From positions 32,001 through 96,000 of the IMG/VR virus record IMGVR_UViG_3300035676_000002: 64,000 nt of DNA. One strand, 5' to 3'. The stretch comes from a virus. The position numbers and the translations under genes are program-made. Positions 45,101 through 53,720 of the stretch are shown here, one piece after another (position 1 is the stretch's first letter; each line of letters starts with the position of its first letter). The notes below the pieces were generated by a model. The model was not told the origin of the DNA. It did no database searches and worked only from the letters and a program-made list of their open reading frames with translations.

Positions 45101-47283
45101 ATCTGCAATTGCGTTTCGATAGAATTAGAAATCGGCAATATTCCTTCATCCTGCACTGCCCCAAGTACAGAGCGTGCCCCGCCAGCTTGAATTCCGTATG
45201 CTTCCTTTTGCGACTCTTGCCTTTGGATATTACTATCAATATAGGCTTTTGTGATAGAACGGATTGAATCTCGCTGCTTTTGTAAACTATCTATTTGTTG
45301 TTTTGTAAGATCATTTTCCTTTAATTGTTGTTCTAGTTTTTGCTTTCGCAGTTCAACCATTACCATTTCATGTTGACGAATAACCTTATATACCTCTGCC
45401 GTCTTTGCCAGATTTCTTGTCTGAAGTGCAGTATCGACCTTAATTTCAGCAAGGGTCGCCATAGTTCGCTCAAGTGTATTCGGCAGGAAAGTAAAAAGAT
45501 TATCAGCTAGATCACGGAAAGCATCCTCGACTTCCTGTGCGGCTCTTATATTCTCGCCCTTACCAGTTGCCCGTGCTTTTACTTGTATTTTTTCTATTGA
45601 ATCAACAAGATGTTGCTGATCTTTCGCAAAAGCCCGAACAGCCATTTCGGCTTCTTCTTGTGTTCCAGTATATGCAGCTTTTTTTAGTTGTTCGATTGTA
45701 AAAAGAAGATTCTTTCTTTCTTCAATAAATTGCTGTTCCAGATTTCTTCGGTCAGCCGCTTGTCCCGGCGTAGCGCCTTGAACATACGCAGTTCCGGCTA
45801 GCCCCATCACTCCTCCAGCCATAGCTCCGATAGCAGCACCGGGGAGTCCACCACCCATTGCCCCAGCAGCAGCGCCAAGTCCTACACCAGCTAAAATTCC
45901 CGCCAAATATGGGTGTGCAGCGATTAGTTCTACGATCTTTTTAAGAACTTTGAATAATCCAATCATTACATCTACAAAGTTCTGCAACTTCATAGCGAGT
46001 TGCGCTATTCTATCTGGATTATTTAGAATTGCTTGCAATTCCTGATGGATAGTTCTTAAGAAATCTTTAATACTTTCAAGTGCTGGTCCACCAATCTCAA
46101 TTAATAAAGCAGTAAGCGAAGATTGAATAGCGACAAATAACCCACGCGCCGTAGTTGTGTTTAATGTAAGAGTTTCAAGTACACCCTTTAATCTTTGTTC
46201 TAATAAATCAGCAAGCGTACCTTGACGAATTGCTTCACGAACAATACCTTGATTCAATTGAAGAATATTACCAAGAATGGTGCGCTGGACATTCAAACCA
46301 GTAAAAATATCACGAATATCACGGGCAACAACGTTCGGTGGTAATTGCAAACGTTCTGCAAGTACCGCTAATCCCTCTACAATAGGAATAGAATCTTTTG
46401 TACTAATACCAGCAGCACGCGCCGCCCCTGCCGTAACAGTAAATGATTCAGCAAGTTTTTCTGCTGGAAGCCCCAACTGCGATGCGTCTTTAACAAGTTT
46501 CTTTAATGCGGTCCCTGCTTCTCCAATAGAGACAGCAACCTGTTCCATAGGGGCAAGCGCTTCTGGTATGTAGTTTGTAACTGTTCCCGCAATAGACAAT
46601 ACCTCTGCAACCCCGAGCTTCAATTGCTCAAGCTGGGACATTCTATCATAGGCTTCTCTTGCGACATTCCTGACCGCAGTAAAGGCTCTATGCAGCACCC
46701 ACAAACTTGCGACATACTGAGCGGCGCGACGTATCCCAAATAAAAATCCCGGCTCATCACCACCACCCCCGCCTCCACCACCACCACCAACTCGCGTCCT
46801 GCGTAATCCACGTTGCGCTTGATTCTGTGCTTGATTAATGGTATTAATTGTTTGATTAAGCGTTGAACGTTGCTGTGACATATTTGCCATAGCATCGGCA
46901 AGAGCCTTCTGTGCCCGAATAATAGAACGTGTGGTTCGTAATACCTTGTCAAATTCCTTTGTGAATCCAGCCTTACCTAACTTATCTAGACGAGTAAAGA
47001 AGGCATCAAACGCTGCATTAGACGAACGGATACCAACAGCAAGCGACTTGAAGTTTGTCGCCATTCTGCCAATAAATTGAGTTGGTTTATTAATAGATTT
47101 AGTAAGTTTATCAACCCGAGCTAGGGCAGCAACGAATGCGCCAGAATTGATCTCCTTGCCCTTGCTTTCAAAGGTACTAGCAACGGCGGTAATTTTTGAT
47201 TCTATTCGGTCGAGAGTAGTGAGAGCGAGTTGAGCATTGATATTAAAAATGCTCTCAACTCCCTTACCTTGGATACTAGCCAT
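42178..47283 (-). CDS. Tape measure protein
   Basis: 1701 aa, helical and Ala/Lys/Glu-rich, with Gly-Ala hydrophobic stretches and C-terminal VPGPNG....VHGGE. Downstream of a frameshifted chaperone. Confidence 0.85.
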   Translation of the reverse strand: MASIQGKGVESIFNINAQLALTTLDRIESKITAVASTFESKGKEINSGAFVAALARVDKLTKSINKPTQFIGRMATNFKSLAVGIRSSNAAFDAFFTRLDKLGKAGFTKEFDKVLRTTRSIIRAQKALADAMANMSQQRSTLNQTINTINQAQNQAQRGLRRTRVGGGGGGGGGGDEPGFLFGIRRAAQYVASLWVLHRAFTAVRNVAREAYDRMSQLEQLKLGVAEVLSIAGTVTNYIPEALAPMEQVAVSIGEAGTALKKLVKDASQLGLPAEKLAESFTVTAGAARAAGISTKDSIPIVEGLAVLAERLQLPPNVVARDIRDIFTGLNVQRTILGNILQLNQGIVREAIRQGTLADLLEQRLKGVLETLTLNTTTARGLFVAIQSSLTALLIEIGGPALESIKDFLRTIHQELQAILNNPDRIAQLAMKLQNFVDVMIGLFKVLKKIVELIAAHPYLAGILAGVGLGAAAGAMGGGLPGAAIGAMAGGVMGLAGTAYVQGATPGQAADRRNLEQQFIEERKNLLFTIEQLKKAAYTGTQEEAEMAVRAFAKDQQHLVDSIEKIQVKARATGKGENIRAAQEVEDAFRDLADNLFTFLPNTLERTMATLAEIKVDTALQTRNLAKTAEVYKVIRQHEMVMVELRKQKLEQQLKENDLTKQQIDSLQKQRDSIRSITKAYIDSNIQRQESQKEAYGIQAGGARSVLGAVQDEGILPISNSIETQLQMLRIAQSYELGIINKEVDIVRQRANIAAIETTSAEDKFKSAQEVTDKTRERLGLVKQINAQEQQMAKKSIEAGTEELRYRRDIEALNKKAVEQSKEAVDKLYQAAQIEYSNISNPIQRQKLIDAKLVEPDRALLAQETAYKQAQLETLKSSNALEEVRLKLGLKINESRMTEKEVLQQIQAAETEINAAQANLIKTRSDETAARDAIVNKLEEAKLKAFELYLELLKIRKEFINIGQAITSSLGEALGKFVTDGGKFSEMIAKSFNEAVSSSLTEAIKETVKRKAGFDLFMKKNLLEYIPGLGKEGGKDTGANLIGQIENAFKTGGNVTDILQNYLSKASNPAASTPIQPTQPGPYANGYSFPAGIQQAGQAVGSYQAGFVGPEVSSAPAAGASAGGTGAGAAGTSVAQGGSGMAQGIGGGIAGIAALISLYQGMQSGSNKVKSIKYNPGVTQQDLVNAQYGNIGIPLLGPATGALVRGVGRVGGARVAAGVGGGIVGGVGGFIVGGAAGGAVAGGIAGASAGAGLGAAGGAAAGAGAGAAAGASAGAVAGPIGAAIGVILGVTLGLLLAPKVPKTRDIINQFMKKVFKNIDVPQLNVNARKFELRADLMSLKGQAKIAGNLLGASYKTFGRGSYQSEYVANAILNNAQALGLSMEDAQGQILEITKTFGKAKDLVGALLNVRFREKKGGWRLSRLGGGIIDEVGALILAFNDDLPRSIDQITLAYQAFTEAGVMNTHRLQRAIEDLKGVVSAGGEFISTLAKAGDLNAAGKSWGESLVGGLIQRIQERLIETPIIGQMITVIGTQISQAAEFFAAGQVDLGNKALNEARRKAIDFESNVMSKIAPFYANLQGFQSAFGVTATAGLYNQTPNQFAVRSYATPSFTRVPGPNGRAQPAIVHGGEPIRSAQQEDKLEKKMNELIDIMSDSSGKPLNYQGGPVKIIVKIGEKELAAEMVRMETSRSTLLPKPNIGMK

Positions 47284-47749
47284 TCTCTTCTTCTACTCCC
47301 AAGGATTGAATGTAGAGAATATCCGATTCTTGGATAAGCGAGTTTTCCTTGTTCTGTTCCCACTCTCCAAGCATAAATTGAAGCAAGGCAAAAATCTCTG
47401 CCTCATCATCTGCGTCAATTCCAGCTTGTGCTCGCCAATATTGAAATTCTTCAATACCGATCTTAAAGACAGCCGAAAACCCTGCGGCAACGGGAACCAT
47501 AACGTATCCAAGCAGTTCCCATAAACCCCATATGTAATCAGGAATGCACTCCAAGATGCATTGAGGCATACACCACTGACCGGACCAACCCTCAAGAACT
47601 TGCGAATGCTTACAACATTTACATTCAAGCGTTTCGTTATTCCGAGGGTCGATCCGTGCATTTCCGTCCTTATCTATCCCGTCCTTTATGGGGCACTGGC
47701 AGTATCGGGGGGTGAACTTGGCGCTTGCGAAACGGACGAAGCTAATGAT
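47276..47749 (-). CDS. Tail assembly chaperone extension (gpT-like), reached by -1 frameshift
   Basis: The -1 frame is open from the A9 run (IISFVRFASAKFTPRYCQCP...) into ORF 47276..47569 and overlaps the tape measure start. Confidence 0.75.
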   Translation of the reverse strand: MISFVRFASAKFTPRYCQCPIKDGIDKDGNARIDPRNNETLECKCCKHSQVLEGWSGQWCMPQCILECIPDYIWGLWELLGYVMVPVAAGFSAVFKIGIEEFQYWRAQAGIDADDEAEIFALLQFMLGEWEQNKENSLIQESDILYIQSLGVEEENG

Positions 47750-48213
47750 TTTTTTTTAGTTTTTTCTACTTCTTCGCGTGCGAAAGCATCAATATCTAAT
47801 GCAGCATTGAGCACTTCGCCAAATTGCACTCCGCTCATGTGCTCTGCGATAAAGGAAAGATCATCCATATCGAAAGGCCATTGATTAGGAGTTGCCTCTG
47901 CGATTAACTCTGGGTTTTCTAATAGAATAAGGCAGAGTCGGCGCGAATTACCGCTTGTCATGCCTCTCCATCCTTTTACGCAATCAACCAGAACGGACTT
48001 CCGAAATTCAGCCGCTTCTGATTGTGTCATATTGACTACTCCACCCTTCTTTTCGTATGGCTTAGAAAGGGCAAGCAGCTTCTTATCAGACAGGATGCCT
48101 ACGAGGAATTCTAGGCGTGGTTCCCCCATCAACTCGTCAGCCTCCAACACCGTGACCCATCGCTCTAGCCGCTTCTTTTCAAGAATCTGCGGCACCCGTG
48201 AAATTAGACTCAT
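47686..48213 (-). CDS. Tail assembly chaperone (gpG-like)
   Basis: Lies between tail tube and tape measure; VKGWRGM motif; AGGAGGAGAGG RBS before ATG 48213. Confidence 0.75.
   Translation of the reverse strand: MSLISRVPQILEKKRLERWVTVLEADELMGEPRLEFLVGILSDKKLLALSKPYEKKGGVVNMTQSEAAEFRKSVLVDCVKGWRGMTSGNSRRLCLILLENPELIAEATPNQWPFDMDDLSFIAEHMSGVQFGEVLNAALDIDAFAREEVEKTKKKSLASSVSQAPSSPPDTASAP
47749..47757 (-). promoter_or_regulatory. Programmed -1 ribosomal frameshift site (A AAA AAA)
   Basis: ACT AAA AAA AAA TCA near the 3' end of the chaperone gene. Confidence 0.75.
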
Positions 48214-48259
48214 ATAACCTCTCCTCCTTATTAAATTTCCTAACTTATACGTTAGACTC

Positions 48260-48288
48260 TTGCAAGTTGTCAATAGATATGCTAAGAT
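48260..48288 (+). promoter_or_regulatory. sigma70-type promoter for the counter-oriented zinc-finger gene
   Basis: TTGCAA-17 nt-TAAGAT with extended TG. Confidence 0.55.
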
Positions 48289-48319
48289 GACTTACATATT
48301 TGATAAGGAGAGTAGGGTT

Positions 48320-48934
48320 ATGATTATACGCATGAGGACTATTTCGTTGCTTCAAACGCTGATTGATTATGCCAATACGGGAAAGATTAATATTAAGCAT
48401 GGGTCAATTGTAACCCCAGACGAAAAACCCCTAGCGCAACTTCCATTTACGGGACAATCAACGGAGCCGGGGTTGAGAGCCTTCGATGATATTATCTATT
48501 GTCTTGATATGCTTCAAGAGCATGGGGATGATGCAATTCCATATCTTGCAAAAATGGTAAATTCAGCAGATTTGAAACTTGCTATCGTTAGCACAATGGA
48601 CTCCTGCTATGCCATGCCCATTCCTAATAAAATAGAAGATGTTCCTATCTCGATTCTCGCTGCCCTTATGGTCGAAGATCAGCAGGGTGCGCTTATGCGT
48701 ATTGGTCATTGCGAGAAATGCAATAAATACTTCGTGCGTAAAACACAAAAGAAATCGCAGTTTTGCTCTAAGAAGTGTCGGTGGGATTATGGAAATCTCA
48801 AAAAGAAGGGCGATACTACGGTTCGATTATCAGAATGGAAAAAGAACAGCCTACGTGCTGCCGTAAGCGGGGCCGACAGACACGTAGGCGGGGCAGTAGT
48901 GGGGAAAGGAGGAAAACCCGCTACTGCAAATTAA
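48320..48934 (+). CDS. CGNR-like zinc-finger protein (moron-like insertion)
   Basis: RIGHCEKCNKYFVRKTQKKSQFCSKKCRW; AAGGAG RBS; opposite strand to the tail operon. Confidence 0.7.
   Translation: MIIRMRTISLLQTLIDYANTGKINIKHGSIVTPDEKPLAQLPFTGQSTEPGLRAFDDIIYCLDMLQEHGDDAIPYLAKMVNSADLKLAIVSTMDSCYAMPIPNKIEDVPISILAALMVEDQQGALMRIGHCEKCNKYFVRKTQKKSQFCSKKCRWDYGNLKKKGDTTVRLSEWKKNSLRAAVSGADRHVGGAVVGKGGKPATAN
48835..48927 (-). terminator. Double hairpin downstream of the major tail gene, probable terminator
   Basis: Stems GCCTACGTG/CACGTAGGC and GCAGTAGTGGG/CCCGCTACTGC. On the minus strand the last hairpin is followed by TGTTCTTTTT. Confidence 0.5.
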
Positions 48935-50352
48935 TATTGCTTGAAGTAAATAAACTTACCCGTTGTTTGGGCTGAGTCAACTTCTGACGGCTCAAACTCT
49001 AGGTTAAACACGCGAATACCGTTGCTATCATCAAACTGCGGAGCGGTAATTAGCTGTGCGCCATATGCAGTTCCGCCATTAGGATCGTCACCGACCTTAA
49101 TGCTGAATCGTGTTCCAGCCGTACTTCCGACACCCGATGGAGAAACGAGGTAATCAATAAGGAACTTATCACCATCCTTAAAGTGCCCGATCCAATCCTT
49201 CGCTCCGTCTACTTCGATCTGGCAAGTGAATCGTGGAGCAAACTCCTCAAAGATACCGTATTCAATAACGCCGGAATCAGCATTAGCATCTAGGCGTGCT
49301 GTAACATTCGCGCCAAGATTCAATCCAATATTCTTAACAACTGGAGTATAAGCTGCACCACCAACCTTCGTAATGGTCATTCCGATATCCAAAAGTCGTG
49401 GGGGGAAGCCGGGAGTTGATAGTGGAGTATCGTTAGCTACTTCTGTAGAGTCATTATATACGCCCTGCAAGTTAAAGTCACCCTTAAATGGCTGTGCGGC
49501 ATCTCCGGCAAAGGTCATTGTTCCACGCACACCAGAGGCAGGATACTTTCGGCTATCGAGGAATGAAAGGATGCTTAATGAATCATGGTTCTGGTTCGCC
49601 GGAACCCATTCGATGTATTCTTTTGCTACATCTTCCGTTGGTTCTAATTCAGCAAGGTTATCATCAATCCATGTGTCTACATATTGATATGGGGCTACGT
49701 CACCGTCTACTTCTGTTAGGTAATAGAATGTGCTTCCGCCTACCTTTGTTCGATAGATACGGACAACGACGCCAGCCGCTTTTAATGCAGCACACGCGGA
49801 CCAATCAAGCGTTACCGAACCGATAACTCCGGTTGCTACAATACCACCATCAGCAGCGGCACCAGTACCGGGAGTTTGCGACATAGCAGCAAGCTTTGTC
49901 TCGCCATTAGAAGCAGTCGCGGGAACAATTGAAAACTTATACTTATAAGTTCCCGCTGCCATGTTCCCGCCAGTAACCGTTCCAACTGCGGTAACATCAT
50001 TCAATCCGACAGTAGGGGCGGTATCCATGACATATCGAGTTTCTTTCCAGCCACACGCACGAAGAACTTTTGCCCACGCTGGAGAAACATTGGGAATACC
50101 AGAACCGAACATATAAATTGATCCAGATAGACGGTATGTCCCAAGACCGATTGCGGTCCCTTCTGGAGCTAGCCCATTTCTTGCACGGTTAAGCTTAATT
50201 GTATCAAACTCAGCTTGTAATGGATTAAAGTTTTCGTATAGAAGGATTTGTTCAAAACCCTTGGTACGCAAACATCCCGGCGTTTGCTCTACGGCGAGTT
50301 CGACAACTGTTCTACGAGTACGTGATGGATTAGTATAGGTTGGGCAAGACAT
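48931..50352 (-). CDS. Major tail tube protein with an inserted Ig/FN3-like domain
   Basis: Tube motifs LAVEQTPG, PAWAKVLRACG and GVRGTMTF...F.LQG. Insert reads G.MAAGTYKYK...VRIYRTKVGGSTFYYLTEV...YVD. GGAGG RBS. Confidence 0.75.
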   Translation of the reverse strand: MSCPTYTNPSRTRRTVVELAVEQTPGCLRTKGFEQILLYENFNPLQAEFDTIKLNRARNGLAPEGTAIGLGTYRLSGSIYMFGSGIPNVSPAWAKVLRACGWKETRYVMDTAPTVGLNDVTAVGTVTGGNMAAGTYKYKFSIVPATASNGETKLAAMSQTPGTGAAADGGIVATGVIGSVTLDWSACAALKAAGVVVRIYRTKVGGSTFYYLTEVDGDVAPYQYVDTWIDDNLAELEPTEDVAKEYIEWVPANQNHDSLSILSFLDSRKYPASGVRGTMTFAGDAAQPFKGDFNLQGVYNDSTEVANDTPLSTPGFPPRLLDIGMTITKVGGAAYTPVVKNIGLNLGANVTARLDANADSGVIEYGIFEEFAPRFTCQIEVDGAKDWIGHFKDGDKFLIDYLVSPSGVGSTAGTRFSIKVGDDPNGGTAYGAQLITAPQFDDSNGIRVFNLEFEPSEVDSAQTTGKFIYFKQY

Positions 50353-50460
50353 AATTAGTTACCTCCAGAAGAATGCAATTACGACCGTCTACTGTATGTG
50401 TAAACAAATTTAACTCATATTTCAATAGCTTTTCCAAAATAAGTACATTTTTCTTTATAG

Positions 50461-51408
50461 TTATCTATGCTCGATTTCCAGCATATTTTTGCCCCCAAGG
50501 GCAAAGGAAAGCCTATGCGCCAGCACATTTCCTTGATTTCCGCCCGATGGTGGAGCAAATAGATAGGCAGAAGTTGTAGGGGTCTTAAACACCCATGATT
50601 GACCGTTATTTTGACCAACGCGAATATGTAAAGAACATCGGACCTTCTCTCTAAATATCTCAATCCAATCAATATCGTAATTTTGCTCTATCGTTACTTC
50701 CCATGTCGCCTCAAGTGGATAAGTAATATAAAATTCGCTTGGATCATGTGTGGGATACGCTTCAAATCTCTGTTCTCTTTTATTCTCAACTCCAAGTCGA
50801 AAATCCTGTAAAATCGGCACAATGTTATCGCCATTTTCAAGCACGATTGAAAAGTCTGCGTTAATAAGGCGTGGAGGAATAGTAGGAATTGGAAAGCTTA
50901 AGTCATCAGTTGGCTTTCTGGTCCTTTTTGTAAATAACCCATCTAATTGAAAATCTAAAGCTACGGGTTGCCCAGCGTAGGCACTGACATTAAAGGAACC
51001 GTAACATCCCCTTGCCTCATGTTGCCACTCTCCGATATAATGCCGACTCGTTAATGAAGTAGGTTTAGAGAAACGATAGACACTATATCCTAAATCATGC
51101 AAACTTTCATCTTTTGGAAAACCGCAGGCGTGAAATAAGCGTGCCCATGATGGGGGATTTGAAGGATTACCATATCCATCAAGCCAGATACTTCCGCTAA
51201 TTCCCCATGTTGAGGAAAGGGGGATTGCAGTATCTACAATATCTGACTCTTCTGCCACAGACGCAACATCAGCATTGTAATTTGTTACAGGATCACGAAC
51301 AAGGATTACTGCTTCCTCTGGTGCTGATTTGCCATATTCCGCCTCAAGCCCCAATGTAAGAACTTGGCGACGTGAATAGATAGGTGGTTTATACTCTGGG
51401 CATCCCAT
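50461..51408 (-). CDS. Second tail-tube paralogue (no Ig insert)
   Basis: Collinear motifs shared with 48931..50352: LGLEAEYG, PSWARLFHACG, GCYGSFNV...DFQLDG, PPRLI. Confidence 0.7.
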   Translation of the reverse strand: MGCPEYKPPIYSRRQVLTLGLEAEYGKSAPEEAVILVRDPVTNYNADVASVAEESDIVDTAIPLSSTWGISGSIWLDGYGNPSNPPSWARLFHACGFPKDESLHDLGYSVYRFSKPTSLTSRHYIGEWQHEARGCYGSFNVSAYAGQPVALDFQLDGLFTKRTRKPTDDLSFPIPTIPPRLINADFSIVLENGDNIVPILQDFRLGVENKREQRFEAYPTHDPSEFYITYPLEATWEVTIEQNYDIDWIEIFREKVRCSLHIRVGQNNGQSWVFKTPTTSAYLFAPPSGGNQGNVLAHRLSFALGGKNMLEIEHR

Positions 51409-51926
51409 TATTCTTCTATCTCGACAAGATTATCGTATACGTCATCCCATAAGCGATAATCATTAACCGAACTCCAGAACTCTACTTCATACTCGATCAT
51501 CCCGGCAACGGTCTGATCTCCCGGCATATCATACATCGGGACTGTGCGAAGTTCCTTGAGAAATATTCCTGTCATGTGCGGCTGGGGATGCGTGGTATCC
51601 TCTAAACTGCATAATGATAATGCCCTTCGTATATCCCCGCCAAACGTCGTATATTCCATATCCTGCCCTTCAAGACGCTGCTTAAAGAACCATACTTCTA
51701 GTGTAAGGGTTTGATATTCCCGAGAGTTGCAATTAGGATTAGGAACAGTCCCAACCGGAAACATATAGACAATATCATCGGCATCTGGTCGTTGTGGCAA
51801 TTCTCGCGTAATCATCACTTGTGATACATTCGTACCATATCCATTAGACACATTAATAGATTCTAACTCGGTCTTAATCCGATTCATCACACGCTGTTCT
51901 ACGGTAAGATATCTAATTGTAGACAT
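51408..51926 (-). CDS. Tail terminator-like protein
   Basis: Position before the tube genes; I...LESINVSNGY.T.V motif. Confidence 0.6.
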   Translation of the reverse strand: MSTIRYLTVEQRVMNRIKTELESINVSNGYGTNVSQVMITRELPQRPDADDIVYMFPVGTVPNPNCNSREYQTLTLEVWFFKQRLEGQDMEYTTFGGDIRRALSLCSLEDTTHPQPHMTGIFLKELRTVPMYDMPGDQTVAGMIEYEVEFWSSVNDYRLWDDVYDNLVEIEE

Positions 51927-52609
51927 TATTCTGATTTTGGCACATATGGTCGATCTTGTGTTGCCTTCAACGGTTGATCTAAGTCTATGCCTACCTCCCG
52001 TGATAATCTATCCATAACGCGACTTTGGTACAGGAAAATTTCTGAATTGATCTGAATATAATCAGGAACAACTACCGAAGCAGCACGACGAAATAAGAAA
52101 ACAAGCTTCTTGCTACTTTTATCTGATAATTTCCTTCCATAAATTGCATTATCATAATAACGAAGATAATAGAGATGCGATATTTCACGCACCATCTTTC
52201 TCACTCTTCCACTAGGAGAGATAATATCGCTGGGAGATTTACCACGGACAGCCCATGCTAATTTCTTCGCATGGACGGGCACGATGGGCATTGGAACTCT
52301 ACCAGTTAATACACGCGCCGCTGCCCGTGTATCATCATCCTCTGGGAAAAGATATCCAAATCGGACAGTTACACTATATGGCGTATCAGACCATGTATAT
52401 CCAGCCGACCGACGTAACGCTCCAGTAATCCGTTGTGGCTTTTTAGAGTATTTCCCTGTTGCCCAATTTTCTAAGCGAACTTTTGTTATTTTCGCTTCGC
52501 TTAATAGAATATTAGTAATCTTCTTTTTTAAAGCAATATGATTTTGCCCAATCTTTTTTGCGAAGCGCCGGATATCTCCGCTTGATATATCCACAAATGG
52601 GGCTGGCAT
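51926..52609 (-). CDS. Neck/tail completion protein (HK97 gp10-like position)
   Basis: Basic protein with ITGALRRS and IVPVHAKKLAW motifs. Confidence 0.6.
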   Translation of the reverse strand: MPAPFVDISSGDIRRFAKKIGQNHIALKKKITNILLSEAKITKVRLENWATGKYSKKPQRITGALRRSAGYTWSDTPYSVTVRFGYLFPEDDDTRAAARVLTGRVPMPIVPVHAKKLAWAVRGKSPSDIISPSGRVRKMVREISHLYYLRYYDNAIYGRKLSDKSSKKLVFLFRRAASVVVPDYIQINSEIFLYQSRVMDRLSREVGIDLDQPLKATQDRPYVPKSE

Positions 52610-52612
52610 CGC

Positions 52613-53248
52613 TTATGTCATTAAGAAATGTCTATATGAATCAATAATGTCCTTCACGGCAGGAAGCCACCGTGTAGGCGTCGTATAAAAGACAGCCGTT
52701 CCAGCCGTATTTGTTGTGAGACTTTGTAATCCTACATTATCTCGTATCTTATAAAGATATGAAGCTTGCAGGGCGCACGCATGACGCAAATCGGGTGGAA
52801 CATCAATATCATTTGATGGATCAGTAACTTGCCTTACTAACCCACCATAATATTGAACCTTGATATTTTTATATCCTGCCTTGAATTGACTATTATTTGT
52901 TAATTTGATGATACCACTATGCCCAGCATTAGGAACGAAATAATCAACATTGGGCGTTAGTTTTGTTGTCTCAGTATATGCCATTGTTGGATCATCATAC
53001 ACGGCAAGGTTTACATCATCAACGATAGGTGGCGCTTGCACTATAACTATGCGCTTACATCCATCTTCTCCATTGAAGAATTCTGTGTAGACTTTCTTCT
53101 CTAACAAGCGCGATGTTTCAGCTTCGATAGCTTGACTTATCCCGTTGATGATTTGAATAAGTAAATTATCGGCGTTTCCGCTTAATTTCGCGTCGATAAG
53201 AAGCTTAACGTCCGATGGTTGACATAGCGCAATCGGAATTAAATCCAT
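52613..53248 (-). CDS. Head-tail adaptor (gp6/gp15-like)
   Basis: DVK....D.LL..II...S..IE..T.R...NIKVQYYGG...VPPDLRHAC...V..IIDSYR. Confidence 0.75.
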   Translation of the reverse strand: MDLIPIALCQPSDVKLLIDAKLSGNADNLLIQIINGISQAIEAETSRLLEKKVYTEFFNGEDGCKRIVIVQAPPIVDDVNLAVYDDPTMAYTETTKLTPNVDYFVPNAGHSGIIKLTNNSQFKAGYKNIKVQYYGGLVRQVTDPSNDIDVPPDLRHACALQASYLYKIRDNVGLQSLTTNTAGTAVFYTTPTRWLPAVKDIIDSYRHFLMT

Positions 53249-53595
53249 TAGGCATCTCGCTTAACGCCTTGATCTGTGCCAACCATGCGATTATCAGTTA
53301 CCGGGGCATCTGGAATAATAGTCGCTACATCTGCTAATTGCTTGGCGCGGTCTAATGTAGCAAGGAATACGGTTCCTTCTCGCATGATCGCTCCACCTTC
53401 CGAAATTACTTTCCCTTCCTTCACCTGTAGCCGCACGATATTGCTCCCCTTTAATGCTGGGGCTGGCTTGGGCGGTGCTGGGGCTGGGGCTGGGGCTGGC
53501 TTGGGCGGCGCGGCGGCGGCTGGCGCGGCTGGCTTGGGCGATGCCGGTGCTTCTGGGGCTGCGGGAGTGGGTGCGTTGGTCGAATCTTGTGCCAT
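53248..53595 (-). CDS. Small Pro/Ala-rich protein downstream of the capsid gene
   Basis: 115 aa, GGAGG RBS, TAATG coupling to the adaptor. Confidence 0.65.
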   Translation of the reverse strand: MAQDSTNAPTPAAPEAPASPKPAAPAAAAPPKPAPAPAPAPPKPAPALKGSNIVRLQVKEGKVISEGGAIMREGTVFLATLDRAKQLADVATIIPDAPVTDNRMVGTDQGVKRDA

Positions 53596-53662
53596 GAGTT
53601 TCCTCCAAAGAGTTATTCAATTCACTTTTACTGAATTGTTTCTATTTGTCAAGTGCGTTTAT

Positions 53663-53697
53663 AAACAAAAAGGGGAGAGGCTTTCACCCCTCCCCTT
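53663..53697 (-). terminator. Rho-independent terminator after the major capsid gene
   Basis: AAGGGGAGGGG-TGAAAG-CCTCTCCCCTT followed by TTTGTTT. Confidence 0.8.
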
Positions 53698-53720
53698 ATG
53701 TTTCCGAACAATCAAGCCGT

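Noticed and set aside
47293-47661. 122-aa minus-strand ORF as the chaperone extension
   Set aside because: The -1 slip from the chaperone frame leads into the 47276..47569 frame, not this one.
36381-53248. Contractile tail, tailocin or eCIS
   Set aside because: No sheath or baseplate wedge genes are recognisable, and complete head and packaging genes indicate a true phage.
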